Part shown: in pieces, positions 51,801 through 64,000 of the stretch
How the letters are laid out: each line of letters begins with the position of its first letter
Numbering within the stretch: the first letter of the stretch is position 1
Assembly (NCBI GenBank): GCA_964035545.1
Contig: OZ037768.1
Coordinates: forward strand, 6,294,741-6,358,740
Reading direction: 5' to 3'
Length of the DNA stretch: 64,000 nt
From: Bugula neritina
Lineage: Eukaryota; Animalia; Bryozoa
Position numbers and translations under genes: made by a program
The notes under the pieces: generated by a model
Seen by the model: the letters and a program-made list of their open reading frames with translations, nothing else
Database searches by the model: none
What the model was told of the DNA's origin: nothing

Positions 51801-54800
51801 CTCCACTCATTACTGTCCTTCAGGAAACACGTGCTGTAAGCTTTCATCTGGTCAATGGGGATGTTGTCCAGTTCCAAATGCAGTGTGTTGTGATGATCAC
51901 GTACACTGCTGTCCGTCCGGCTACACTTGTTCGACTGGAACTGGTCAGTGTATGAAAGGTCTGTCTGCTGTCCCATGGCTGAACAAAGAGTCCGCAATTG
52001 TCAAAGCTCAGCAAGTTGAAGATGTTCAATGTGACTCCACTCACTACTGTCCTTCAGGAAACACATGCTGTAAGCTTTCATCTGGACAATGGGGATGTTG
52101 TCCAGTTCCAAATGCAGTGTGTTGTAGTGATCATGTACACTGTTGTCCATCTGGCTACACTTGTTCGACTGGAACTGGTGAGTGTACAAAAGGTCTGTCT
52201 ACCATTCCATGGCTGAACAAAGAGTCCGCAATTGTCAAGGCTCAGCAGGTTGAAGATGTTCAATGTGACTCCACTCATTACTGTCCTTCAGGAAACACGT
52301 GCTGTAAGCTTTCATCTGGTCAATGGGGATGTTGTCCAGTTCCAAATGCAGTGTGTTGTGATGATCACGTACACTGCTGTCCGTCCGGCTACACTTGTTC
52401 GACTGGAACTGGTGAGTGTACAAAAGGTCTGTCTACCATTCCATGGCTGAACAAAGAGTCCGCAATTGTCAAGGCTCAGCAGGTTGAAGATGTTCAATGT
52501 GACTCCACTCATTACTGTCCTTCAGGAAACACATGCTGTAAGCTTTCATCTGGGCAATGGGGATGTTGTCCAGCTCCAAATGCAGTATGTTGTGATGATC
52601 ACGTACACTGCTGTCCGTCCGGCTACACTTGTTCGACTGGAACTGGTGAGTGTACAAAAGGTCTGTCTACCATTCCATGGCTGAAGAAAGAGTCCGCAAT
52701 TGTCAAGGCTCAGCAGGTTGAAGATGTTCAATGTGACTCCACTCATTACTGTCCTTCAGGAAACACATGCTGTATGCTTTCATCTGGACAATGGGGATGT
52801 TGTTCAGTTCCAAATGCAGTGTGTTGCAGTGATCATGTACACTGCTGTCCATCTGGCTACACTTGTTCGACTGGAACTGGTGAGTGTACAAAAGGTCTGT
52901 CTACCATTCCATGGCTGAACAAAGAGTCCGCAATTGTCAAGGCTCAGCAGGTTGAAGATGTTCAATGTGACTCCACTCATTACTGTCCTTCAGGAAACAC
53001 ATGCTGTATGCTTTCATCTGGACAATGGGGATGTTGTCCAGTTCCAAATGCAGTGTGTTGCAGTGATCATGTACACTGCTGTCCATCTGGCTACATTTGT
53101 TCGACTGGAACTGGTCAGTGTATGAAAGGTCTGTCTGCTGTCCCATGGCTGAACAAAGAGTCCGCAATTGTCAAGGCTCAGCAGGTTGAAGATGTTCAAT
53201 GTGACTCCACTCATTACTGTCCTTCAGGAAACACATGCTGTATGCTTTTATCTGGACAATGGGGATGTTGTCCAGTTCCAAATGCAGTGTGTTGCAGTGA
53301 TCATGTACACTGCTGTCCATCTGGCTACACTTGTTCGACTGGAACTGGTCAGTGTATAAAAGGTCTGTCTGCTGTCCCATGGCTGAACAAAGAGTCCGCA
53401 ATTGTCAAGGCTCAGCAAGTTGAAGATGTTCAATGTGACTCCACTCACTACTGTCCTTCAGGAAACACATGCTGTAAGCTTTCATCTGGGCAATGGGGAT
53501 GTTGTCCAGCTCCAAATGCAGTATGTTGTGATGATCACGTACACTGCTGTCCGTCCGGCTACACTTGTTCGACTGGAACTGGTCAGTGTATGAAAGGTCT
53601 GTCTGCTGTCCCATGGCTGAACAAAGAGTCCGCAATTGTCAAAGCTCAGCAAGTTGAAGATGTTCAATGTGACTCCACTCACTACTGTCCTTCAGGAAAC
53701 ACATGCTGTAAGCTTTCATCTGGACAATGGGGATGTTGTCCAGTTCCGAATGCAGTGTGTTGCAGTGATCATGTACACTGCTGTCCATCTGGCTACACTT
53801 GTTCGACTGGAACTGGTGAGTGTACAAAAGGTCTGTCTGCTGTCCCATGGCTGAAGAAAGAGTCCGCAATTGTCAAGGCTCAGCAGGTTGAAGATGTTCA
53901 ATGTGACTCCACTCATTACTGTCCTTCAGGAAACACATGCTGTAAGCTTTCATCTGGACAATGGGGATGTTGTCCAGTTCCAAATGCAGTGTGTTGCAGT
54001 GATCATGTACACTGTTGTCCATCTGGCTACACTTGTTCGACTGGAACTGGTGAGTGTACAAAAGGTCTGTCTACCATTCCATGGCTGAACAAAGAGTCCG
54101 CAATTGTCAAGGCTCAGCAGGTTGAAGATGTTCAATGTGACTCCACTCATTACTGTCCTTCAGGAAACACATGCTGTATGCTTTCATCTGGACAATGGGG
54201 ATGTTGTCCAGTTCCAAATGCAGTGTGTTGCAGTGATCATGTACACTGCTGTCCATCTGGCTACACTTGTTCGACTGGAACTGGTCAGTGTATGAAAGGT
54301 CTGTCTGCTGTCCCATGGCTGAACAAAGAGTCCGCAATTGTCAAGGCTCAGCAAGTTGAAGATGTTCAATGTGACTCCACTCACTACTGTCCTTCAGGAA
54401 ACACATGCTGTAAGCTTTCATCTGGGCAATGGGGGTGTTGTCCAGCTCCAAATGCAGTATGTTGTGATGATCACGTACACTGCTGTCCGTCCGGCTACAC
54501 TTGTTCGACTGGAACTGGTCAGTGTATGAAAGGTTTGTCTGCTGTCCCATGGCTGAACAAAGAGTCCGCAATTGTCAAAGCTCAGCAAATTGAAGATGTT
54601 CAATGTGACTCCACTCACTACTGTCCTTCAGGAAACACATGCTGTAAGCTTTCATCTGGACAATGGGGATGTTGTCCAGTTCCAAATGCAGTGTGTTGCA
54701 GTGATCATGTACACTGCTGTCCATCTGGCTACATTTGTTCGACTGGAACTGGTCAGTGTATGAAAGGTCTGTCTGCTGTCCCATGGCTGAACAAAGAGTC

Positions 54801-57573
54801 CGCAATTGTCAAGGCTCAGCAGGTTGAAGATGTTCAATGTGACTCCACTCATTACTGTCCTTCAGGAAACACATGCTGTATGCTTTTATCTGGACAATGG
54901 GGATGTTGTCCAGTTCCAAATGCAGTGTGTTGCAGTGATCATGTACACTGCTGTCCATCTGGCTACACTTGTTCGACTGGAACTGGTCAGTGTATAAAAG
55001 GTCTGTCTGCTGTCCCATGGCTGAACAAAGAGTCCGCAATTGTCAAGGCTCAGCAAGTTGAAGATGTTCAATGTGACTCCACTCACTACTGTCCTTCAGG
55101 AAACACATGCTGTAAGCTTTCATCTGGGCAATGGGGATGTTGTCCAGCTCCAAATGCAGTATGTTGTGATGATCACGTACACTGCTGTCCGTCCGGCTAC
55201 ACTTGTTCGACTGGAACTGGTCAGTGTATGAAAGGTCTGTCTGCTGTCCCATGGCTGAACAAAGAGTCCGCAATTGTCAAAGCTCAGCAAGTTGAAGATG
55301 TTCAATGTGACTCCACTCACTACTGTCCTTCAGGAAACACATGCTGTAAGCTTTCATCTGGACAATGGGGATGTTGTCCAGTTCCGAATGCAGTGTGTTG
55401 CAGTGATCATGTACACTGCTGTCCATCTGGCTACACTTGTTCGACTGGAACTGGTGAGTGTACAAAAGGTCTGTCTGCTGTCCCATGGCTGAAGAAAGAG
55501 TCCGCAATTGTCAAGGCTCAGCAGGTTGAAGATGTTCAATGTGACTCCACTCATTACTGTCCTTCAGGAAACACATGCTGTAAGCTTTCATCTGGACAAT
55601 GGGGATGTTGTCCAGTTCCAAATGCAGTGTGTTGCAGTGATCATGTACACTGCTGTCCATCTGGCTACACTTGTTCGACTGGAACTGGTCAGTGTATGAA
55701 AGGTCTGTCTGCTGTCCCATGGCTGAACAAAGAGTCCGCAATTGTCAAGGCTCAGCAAGTTGAAGATGTTCAATGTGACTCCACTCACTACTGTCCTTCA
55801 GGAAACACATGCTGTAAGCTTTCATCTGGGCAATGGGGGTGTTGTCCAGCTCCAAATGCAGTATGTTGTGATGATCACGTACACTGCTGTCTGTCCGGCT
55901 ACACTTGTTCGACTGGAACTGGTCAGTGTATGAAAGGTTTGTCTGCTGTCCCATGGCTGAACAAAGAGTCCGCAATTGTCAAAGCTCAGCAAGTTGAAGA
56001 TGTTCAATGTGACTCCACTCACTACTGTCCTTCAGGAAACACATGCTGTAAGCTTTCATCTGGACAATGGGGATGTTGTCCAGTTCCAAATGCAGTGTGT
56101 TGCAGTGATCATGTACACTGCTGTCCATCTGGCTACACTTGTTCGACTGGAACTGGTCAGTGTATGAAAGGTCTGTCTGCTGTCCCATGGCTGAACAAAG
56201 AGTCCGCAATTGTCAAGGCTCAGCAAGTTGAAGATGTTCAATGTGACTCCACTCACTACTGTCCTTCAGGAAACACATGCTGTAAGCTTTCATCTGGACA
56301 ATGGGGATGTTGTCCAGTTCCAAATGCAGTGTGTTGCAGTGATCATGTACACTGTTGTCCATCTGGCTACACTTGTTCGACTGGAACTGGTGAGTGTACA
56401 AAAGGTCTGTCTACCATTCCATGGCTGAAGAAAGAGTCCGCAATTGTCAAGGCTCAGCAGGTTGAAGATGTTCAATGTGACTCCACTCATTACTGTCCTT
56501 CAGGAAACACATGCTGTATGCTTTCATCTGGACAATGGGGATGTTGTCCAGTTCCAAATGCAGTGTGTTGCAGTGATCATGTACACTGCTGTCCATCTGG
56601 CTACACTTGTTCGACTGGAACTGGTCAGTGTATAAAAGGTCTGTCTGCTGTCCCATGGCTGAACAAAGAGTCCGCAATTGTCAAGGCTCAGCAAGTTGAA
56701 GATGTTCAATGTGACTCCACTCACTACTGTCCTTCAGGAAACACATGCTGTAAGCTTTCATCTGGGCAATGGGGATGTTGTCCAGCTCCAAATGCAGTAT
56801 GTTGTGATGATCACGTACACTGCTGTCCGTCCGGCTACACTTGTTCGACTGGAACTGGTCAGTGTATGAAAGGTATGTATCTAATAATATGATTCTTATG
56901 TTCATTTGATATCAAAGTTTAAAGATCTCTTCTCATACTACAAATTAATAGTGATGAATTTTGTGCCACTATTTGCATTTAATTGGCAACTTGTGTTATC
57001 GTGCTTCTTATTTTTTGACATACACGCTTCTGTCCATTACAGACTTTATGCGTTTTCGAACTTGTATGGACACTGTCTGGCAGTGCCATCCTATTTTTTT
57101 AGGCTTTGATGTTATTTCATGGATGAATAAAATACCAGCTTCTAAAGTTTCGGCAAGTTCTTCAGTTCAATCCTCTGCTCCTGCTTCTGTCAGCTGTGAT
57201 GATCAATATGAATGTCCAGATGAGTACACCTGTTGCCATATGCTAGATGGTGGTTGGGGCTGTTGTCCTTATATGCAGGTACCAAGTGTTGTGTTTTAAT
57301 ACATGAGTTGAAATCTAATACTAAATTTGATAAAATAGTGTACGTACACCCTCACTCCATGTTATTGGAATCAAATAATTGCAACTCTTTTATTACTCAT
57401 TTCTTTTGACTTTAGATTTTCCTACTTTGTTACTTTTATAGGCTGTTTGTTGTGAAGACGGAATGCACTGCTGTCCAAATGGATACACTTGTGATTCAAC
57501 TAGAAACCGCTGCATAGATGGGAGAGGAGCTAAACGTTCATTAGAGTTACTTATGGTAGCTACCAACCTCTAG
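48845..57573 (+). CDS. GRN: Progranulin with massively expanded granulin array (~2290 aa, ~29 granulin modules, 7 coding exons)
   Basis: Exons 48845-49009, 49096-49272, 50370-50507, 50685-50916, 51020-56872, 57103-57278, 57442-57573 (6873 nt, phases consistent). Signal peptide MLSTKYLVLIAVLVAAALG, with the granulin pattern C-x5-C-x5-CC-x8-CC-x6-CC-x-D-x-x-H-CC-P-x4-C-x6-C. Confidence 0.96.
51296..56872 (+). repeat. Coding tandem array, 24 x 234 bp (78 aa)
   Basis: Shadow ORFs recur exactly every 234 nt from 51296 to 56678, with no indels. Confidence 0.98.
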
Positions 57574-59045
57574 TCGATCTGACTTTCTATGTGACAATGT
57601 GGTGCACAGCATTAGCTTAATAACAATTTTCTAATATGGCTCGCATCGCAATTCGTTTTACGTTCTGCATAGTGAATTTTAGCATCTCTAAAACTTCACT
57701 CATTTGTTTTCAAATGCTTGTAGCATTCCTATTATATAATGCTATTGTAATTATGTTTTTTGTTCAAAAACACTTTTTTTATATAAATCAAGTTTTGTAT
57801 TTTTTCTTGTGTATGTAGCAATTTATGAGTCTCTCATAATTCTTTATAAGTTTTAATACAACATGATTATGTTAGATAGACTACTTCAGCGCAGTTCTTT
57901 CATTTTCAAACATCTATTGTTTTAGACTTTAGAGAATAATATGAGACAAAGACACTTGCATATTGCTTACCTAAATAGTATCCAGAAACTGAAAATGCTT
58001 GCCATAAGTAAAACTGATATATAGCAAGAGAGCCATTATTACCTGAAACGATATTTTTTTCTAAATGGTTAATGGTATACACATCATATTGTTTCTTCAC
58101 AAGTTATACAGGGAAAGTTATTTCAATTCAAGTTGAGCTTGTAATTTTCAGTCTAGCCCTTTTCACAAGGAATCCCAAACGGACCTAAATGTGTATCATC
58201 ATTCACAGCAAGTTTTAATAGACTCAATGTATCATTTTGCATAAAGATAACACAAGAAGACATTGACTTGCTATAATTTAAATCCTGTCTAACAAGTAAA
58301 CCTCTTAGTGCAACCAACTAAGTGCCATAAGTATTTTTAATCAGTTTACACATATTTATGATGAGTTCATTGCTCCCAGCTAGTAACCCAAAAAATAACC
58401 TGATTAATTGGTTGTTCATTAATAGTGCAAGCAGAACAGACTAGATGTTTTGCTGAATTGTAGTTGAACAGTCCAAGTGTTGATGATAGAACAACACTCG
58501 TATTACTAAGTATGTGTACAAAATTACACAAGAAAAAAAAATTAAAACTAATTAGAGGTAAACAAGGGCTTAAACTAGGAAAACTTTAATGCATTAAACA
58601 GTCAACATAGCAACATGACACTCCCATTTTCTTGTATTGTAAATTGCTAAATTTACAAAGAGAGCTAGAAGATTTTATTTAAAACTTTTTGAAATCATAA
58701 GAATTTTCAAAATCAAGATAAATCACCAATATTCTGTACTATCTACTTCAATATTAGTAACATACCAATATTATGTGTAAAACTGCCAATATAATTTTAG
58801 TATAGGTTACTTAATTCAAAAATTGCGTTCACTATTGTTGTAACTTTGTGGGCTACTACAATTGTGGGTTGAGTCCGTGTTGCAATGCTAGAACATAACT
58901 CTTTGCATATAAGTTTGAGAGAGAACAGTACTTGTGATTGTAGCAGAATGAGTATATTTATAATACTAATTAAGAAGTAAAACTACATCAAGGCAAAAGA
59001 AGTTAACACGATAGAAATTCTACACTAGTTAGCATAGTAATAAAA

Positions 59046-59339
59046 GTCCAGGAGCCAAGTGTGTCTGGTAGCTGCTCGAAAAATCATCCTTATAAAGGCA
59101 AGCTTGATGTTGATTGGTCCGTAAATTCTGGGGGTGGGGATTGCCGCAGCACCCCCCCCCTCGCCCGGCTGGCCGTGAAGCGTGCGGCATTTTACGGAGT
59201 AGAGCAGCAGCACAAAGAAATGCCATAATATAGTTGGACCAAAATACAATTGCTTGATACTGGCGAATAGGCGTGGCTCCAAGTAAGGCATAGGAAGAGG
59301 GGGGTAGCACAACATGTCCAACGGCCATCACACTTTTTT
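59046..59339. other. GC-rich self-complementary island; candidate structured ncRNA or inserted element
   Basis: About 50% GC (151 of 300 counted) against ~30% in the flanks. It contains nine 7-8-bp complementary pairs, ends in T6 on +, and is bracketed by ATAAAA at 59040 and 59340. Family not recognised. Confidence 0.4.
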
Positions 59340-61330
59340 ATAAAATTATCTGTAGTGGCATGTTACTTATTGAAGATCCAAACACATTTAGCCAAAGTAA
59401 TCTTACAGTTAAGCAAAAAGCAATGAAATTACTTGCAGACAAGATAGCTATATATGGTGTTAGATGGCTTGTTAATAAAAATGACAACAGACGTTTGCAT
59501 TTGTTATCATGCTTGCACTATTTGGTCTAGCGCGTTTGTACCTTCCTATAAATCTTTAAATGTTAAGATAAGAATGCTATATTATAGCTAGTAGAATTCT
59601 CTCCTTCAAATGGATAACAATCGCTAATACAAAACGAGACACGGACTTTAAAAGCAGATCGTTGTACTCATGACTACCGCAGTGAAATATTTATGTCTTA
59701 TTAAATCATGCAAACTAGAGTAGATCCCTATAACTTTTCTTGTGCACCAAGTTAATGTACAAAACTTAAATCCTTCATTTATATTTCATATTAGTGCTGT
59801 TCGTGCACCAGGAAGTTCTTTTGCTGATAACTTTGTCTATAAGCAGACAACTTTTGATGCAAGCTGCTTTATAAATCTTAATCAGAAGGCATCTTTCAGA
59901 GGTGCTTCGAATATCCATGCACTATAAAAAATTTTGACGGTGTCAACTGCGTGGGTTTATTCTATTGTAGAAATCAATTTTCTGGTTTCAAAGTTGAAGC
60001 ATATACAGAGCATATGATATTGTTGTGAGTTGTGGCATACCTGGGAATAAAATACCCAATTAAAGATGAATAGACCTATCCTGTATCAAGAATAAAACTA
60101 CCAGTATTTAACACAGTTTATCACTTCTTGCTTTTAATAAAAAATGTTGTAGCTGAGATCTCAATTTCATATATAGGTATTGCCTTTGAAAGCGAAAATT
60201 TTTGCTTGAAGAAATTGTAGTGCAGATGGAAGCTTTGTGAAGTTAGCAATTATCTGGCACATAGAAAACAATAAAACAAACCGGAGACAAACTCTGAACA
60301 AAAGTGGTTTTACCAACTCTGCTCATCACATTATAGTGACCACAAGATTCCAATACCTCCACCTGAATTGAATTTGTTGCTCCAACTGAACAAACGTAAT
60401 TTAATTAAATAAACTCCTGCAGCACTGAGCCCTATCGCTCCATAGGGCTTAGCTTGTGATTAATATTTTTCTTTAATTTTCAGTTTTATGTATTTTTTTC
60501 TTTCATTTTTAACTAAACTTAGCAAAATAAACAACTGTGATAAAACTACACTATGCCTTTACCATTATAAATTTTAAAAAGGAAAAAGTAGTTTGTAATG
60601 CTGGTAGCTAGAATGGTTGCAACTGGTGGCTAGTACAGCTTCAGATTTCACCAACAACTACCAAGACTCTAGCTTTGTTACAAGTTCTCTAATTCCATGG
60701 TCTCCAGAAATAACTATTTCTATATCCAACAGGTGCAAAAACTGCTGGGTGCTATATTTAGCTAGATAGCAGATGCAATTAACACAGGCCAGCTTAATTA
60801 CAAAACCATATTTTGATAAAAGTTAAGGAGTAATTTTGGTAAGCTACGTATCAAACTTATAAAACTTCCTTCTTCACATTTATCAAATAAATTGATAGGT
60901 TAGGCGATCGCAAAATAAAGAAATAAAATGAGCTAAAATATTGAATATTTACTGCTTTATAAAGATCCATGGGCTTAAAAGAGCTAACACTACACTTCCA
61001 ACTCATTTGCTTTCCTTTAATAAGAGCATATATATAATCTGCCATATAGCTTCTAATAGAACTGAAAGTTAAACCACTAACTTTAGATTATGTCTACCAA
61101 TACAACGAAAACATAAATATAAAACAATATATTATATGCAGTGACATTATCATAACATTCATTTAAATAATGCCACACAAGGCTAAAAACTGATAATTTT
61201 ATCACACAAGATAAATAGAGATAAATAAGGAAAGTGTACACATTATTATGATTAAATCTCCAACGCTATTTCACAGAAAAAATGGTTGCAATCAATAATG
61301 TGAGAAAATAAATAAATTGAATGAAACTAA

Positions 61331-63133
61331 TCAAAGTTCTGTTTTCACTTCAGTGTCACTTTCTTGGTTGTTATTACTCTCCATATCATCTGGATTGTCC
61401 CCATCTTCAGCAACATCAGGGTTTACATCATACAACTGGCTCTCTTTACACAGCTCTATAATAAAACACACTCATGTCAGGAATTTAAACAGTGATGACT
61501 ACTAATGTGAAACTTGCAATTCTTGCAACATATACATACATACATTATTCAAATGCAATCAGCTAACCTTTTGGCAACAGATATAAGAAAATGAAACTTC
61601 TAGGGAAAACTGATTTAGACTTGATAGATTAGGCAATCATAGTCTGGTAAGATACTTTTCTTTATCAATATTAAGCAGCTGCATATAATGGTATTCATAT
61701 TGAAAAACTATAATTCTATAAAACTTCAAATAAATCATATACTGTATAGTTTAGAGTTTTTTCACACACCCATTTTAATGTCAATTGAATTTAGCTGCAA
61801 ACGGTTTTTGCCGGATTATATGGGTAATGCAGATAGCTGCCTATGCCTTACATCAACATTACTATCTATTCTGAATTGAGTTCAGAGGTTACCAGCAACT
61901 AGTCCTATTCCTTGAACTGCAAATCTGTGTACCCTGCGGTTACCTAGCAACCTCCAGCCATACAAAGTACTATTAATAGATTTTATACTCTCACTTCTCA
62001 GCAACAACCTAAATCTGCATTATTGTTATTGCAGAAAGAATTAAGAGACTTATACGGTTATTAAAGATAACACGAGACGTCAAAAAATTAAAAACCTGCC
62101 AATAAAGTGCTTTTGTGTTGAGCAACAATTTGATATCATAACAACATTCCTCTAGAAGTTCATCAACCTTTATACAAGATTGAGCAAAAAACAAGTTAAC
62201 AAAAGAAACTTGAGGTAGCCAAGGGACTTAACAAAGAGGACTAAATATACCCAGCCTACTGCATATCCTAAATCTAATCAACCCGAGCTAATAGCATCAT
62301 GCTCTTTTATCACAGAATGTTTAAAACTCTATCAATAACAACCTAGAGTCCTGGACTGTCTACCCATCAAATGCAGGATTGGCAAAGTTATTTGGACATT
62401 TGATATGAACACAAATTAATGGTAATTTTTAGAGTTTTTTGAGTGCATTTGCTCAAATGGCTCATTAGTTTTTCATTTAAATAAATGTTTCATTATAATT
62501 TTCAACTCCGATTACTAGTAGGAAAATATAAATGCTATGAGAACCATCAAGTTTTATATTACTGCCTAAATTCCCCAAAATATAAACCTGCCCTTTGACT
62601 TTATTACAATACTCGTGTAATGATAGAAAATATACATTGTATCAGATGAACCAAATCTAAACACATATTTCCTTTTTTGGTCGTATCCTATTATTGATAT
62701 AGTTCAAACTTGTAAAATACGCAAATATATCTAAAGTCCGCTATGTAACAGATGCAGCTCAACTTCCAACAGTTTACACCCAGTGTGGTGTTACATATTT
62801 TATAGATGTAACGCAGAGCAGTATGCCTAAGCATTTCAAAATTAGAACATATCAACTTTTCCCAGCAAGACAACTTTCTAAAACAACTCAGGATTGCTTG
62901 TTACTATTGGGAAGTGATACTAGGTGAGCTATGTTTAATGTTAGAGGAAGTGGCTGGGAAAGTTTGACGACTCTTTAGTTGTTGACTACAGAAAAAGTAG
63001 CAGACATGGACAAACCCCAGACTTTATACTGACCTGTCTGACTCACACATATGCTTTGCAAATAATTCTCATTCTCCTTATCTCTAAATACTGTGATTAT
63101 TTCTTCTTCAAAATCTTCAGCGATTCCTTCACA
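61331..63133 (-). CDS. CNPY2: Canopy family (CNPY2/seele-like) ER saposin-like protein, last two exons (5' part not resolved in window)
   Basis: Minus-strand exons 63133-63034 (CEGIAEDFEEEIITVFRDKENENYLQSICVSQT) and 61455-61331 (ELCKESQLYD...DTEVKTEL*). This resembles CNPY2 CESIVEEYEDELIEFF...LC....LC with a KDEL-like C-terminus. Confidence 0.75.
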
Positions 63134-64000
63134 CTAAATAATAGGGCATAAATTTGAACAAAAATGGCCACACAGTGTAGGCATGCTAGCAGTAACAAGG
63201 GCCCATCCTTATCAGAGACACTACCTTTGTATCAGCTTCATCATAAAATGATTGTGAGTTCAGCAAATATAACCCAAAGCATTGTCTACTCCCTCTGATA
63301 AACTCCTTATCTAGTGTCTGATGCTGAACTACCTGGGACTAAAAACTAACTATACAGCTGATTACAGGTGCCCTTTTTCTAGAAACAATGTTGATGCCAA
63401 AGAACTATAGTCTTGCAATCAATTCTGGGAAGTTTTAATCTGTAACTGCTAGATTAATAATAGTTTCTATCAATTACAAAAAATGCATTAAAAACTAATA
63501 ATAATGGTGGCGCACTGTGCATTCAGCTTGTTCATGTAGGCTAAACAACTACACTATAGTCACATGGTTTCATTTTCCTCAACCTTAAAAAATCTGGTTC
63601 TATATATAGTATGTTGATAACCAACTGTGTGGTAGCTATAGTAGTTATTATTCTTCTCCAAATTAGCATATCAATGCTGTATTCACAGGTAATTCCCCCA
63701 TTGAATTGGAAACTGCCAACATGAATTTCATCTTTCAAATTATCCGTGTTCATGTTATATGAAACTTCCTTCTATGCTGTTTCATGTCAACAGAATGGCG
63801 GTTAAATTAGGCATTAAATTGAAAGGGAGAAAGGAGAAAAGTGAAAAGGAGAAGTATTGCTCATTAGATCATCTCTAAAGAAATGCATGATAATTTGAAG
63901 AATAAAGAGAAATGCAATCAAATCAGGAGCTAGGAGCAAATCTTGCAAGTGCACATGCACTGCTAGAAATTTAATGACTTAGAAGCAAGTTTCAACCATG

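Noticed and set aside
51010-56892. The 1960-aa ORF as a stand-alone gene
   Set aside because: It starts at a TTG in the intron and runs past a splice donor. It is exon 5 (51020-56872) of the spliced progranulin.
51068-56905. Dozens of 60-76-aa ORFs in alternative frames and on the minus strand; the array also superficially resembles a CRISPR or satellite array
   Set aside because: They are shadows of the 234-bp coding repeat. There are no unique spacers, and only the granulin frame is continuously open.
59025-59331. Two ~100-aa minus-strand ORFs in the GC island
   Set aside because: No recognisable motif or splice context, and open frames are expected from the locally high GC.
59985-60362. 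Possible minus-strand exons near 60311-60362 and from 60040 downward
   Set aside because: Only splice-like signals and a short unrecognisable peptide; insufficient to call a gene or lncRNA.
60425-60456. 11-bp hairpin ctgagccctat...atagggcttag as a Helitron 3' end
   Set aside because: Not followed by a canonical CTRR at the expected distance, and no matching 5' end is evident.
63225-63332. Open 108-nt phase-0 segment on minus (VVQHQTLDKEFIRG...DTK) with AG/GT ends just upstream of the CNPY exon
   Set aside because: The translation does not resemble the expected Canopy sequence, so it cannot be supported without transcripts.

Overview
AT-rich (~30% GC), intron-rich animal genomic DNA, probably invertebrate (inference). 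The supplied ORF track is prokaryote-style and mostly noise here, so genes were rebuilt by hand from GT-AG exons with phase checks. Seven protein-coding genes are supported. (1) A Numb-associated (AAK1/BMP2K-like) kinase, + 1036-8384. (2) UBE2D/effete-type E2, + 10948-16313. (3) NUDT12, + 18750-22618. (4) An unrecognised ~938-aa type I membrane collagen, + 26311-41130: signal peptide, three copies of an unrecognised ~160-aa domain, 50 uninterrupted Gly-X-Y triplets, 3 EGF modules, TM and short tail. (5) TMEM19, - 41823-45161. (6) A giant ~2290-aa progranulin with ~29 granulin modules, + 48845-57573; 24 of them are near-identical 234-bp repeats in one 5.85-kb exon. (7) The 3' end of a Canopy/CNPY2-like gene, - 61331-63133. 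Non-coding highlights: a 3.6-kb foldback-like ISL2EU/Harbinger-type transposon with a decayed transposase inside the collagen gene; two small MITE families; a probable TMEM19/GRN bidirectional promoter carrying a CLEAR-like E-box; palindrome-rich low-complexity tracts recurring in putative first introns; and an isolated ~294-bp, 50%-GC, strongly self-complementary island (59046-59339) that may be an unannotated structured RNA.
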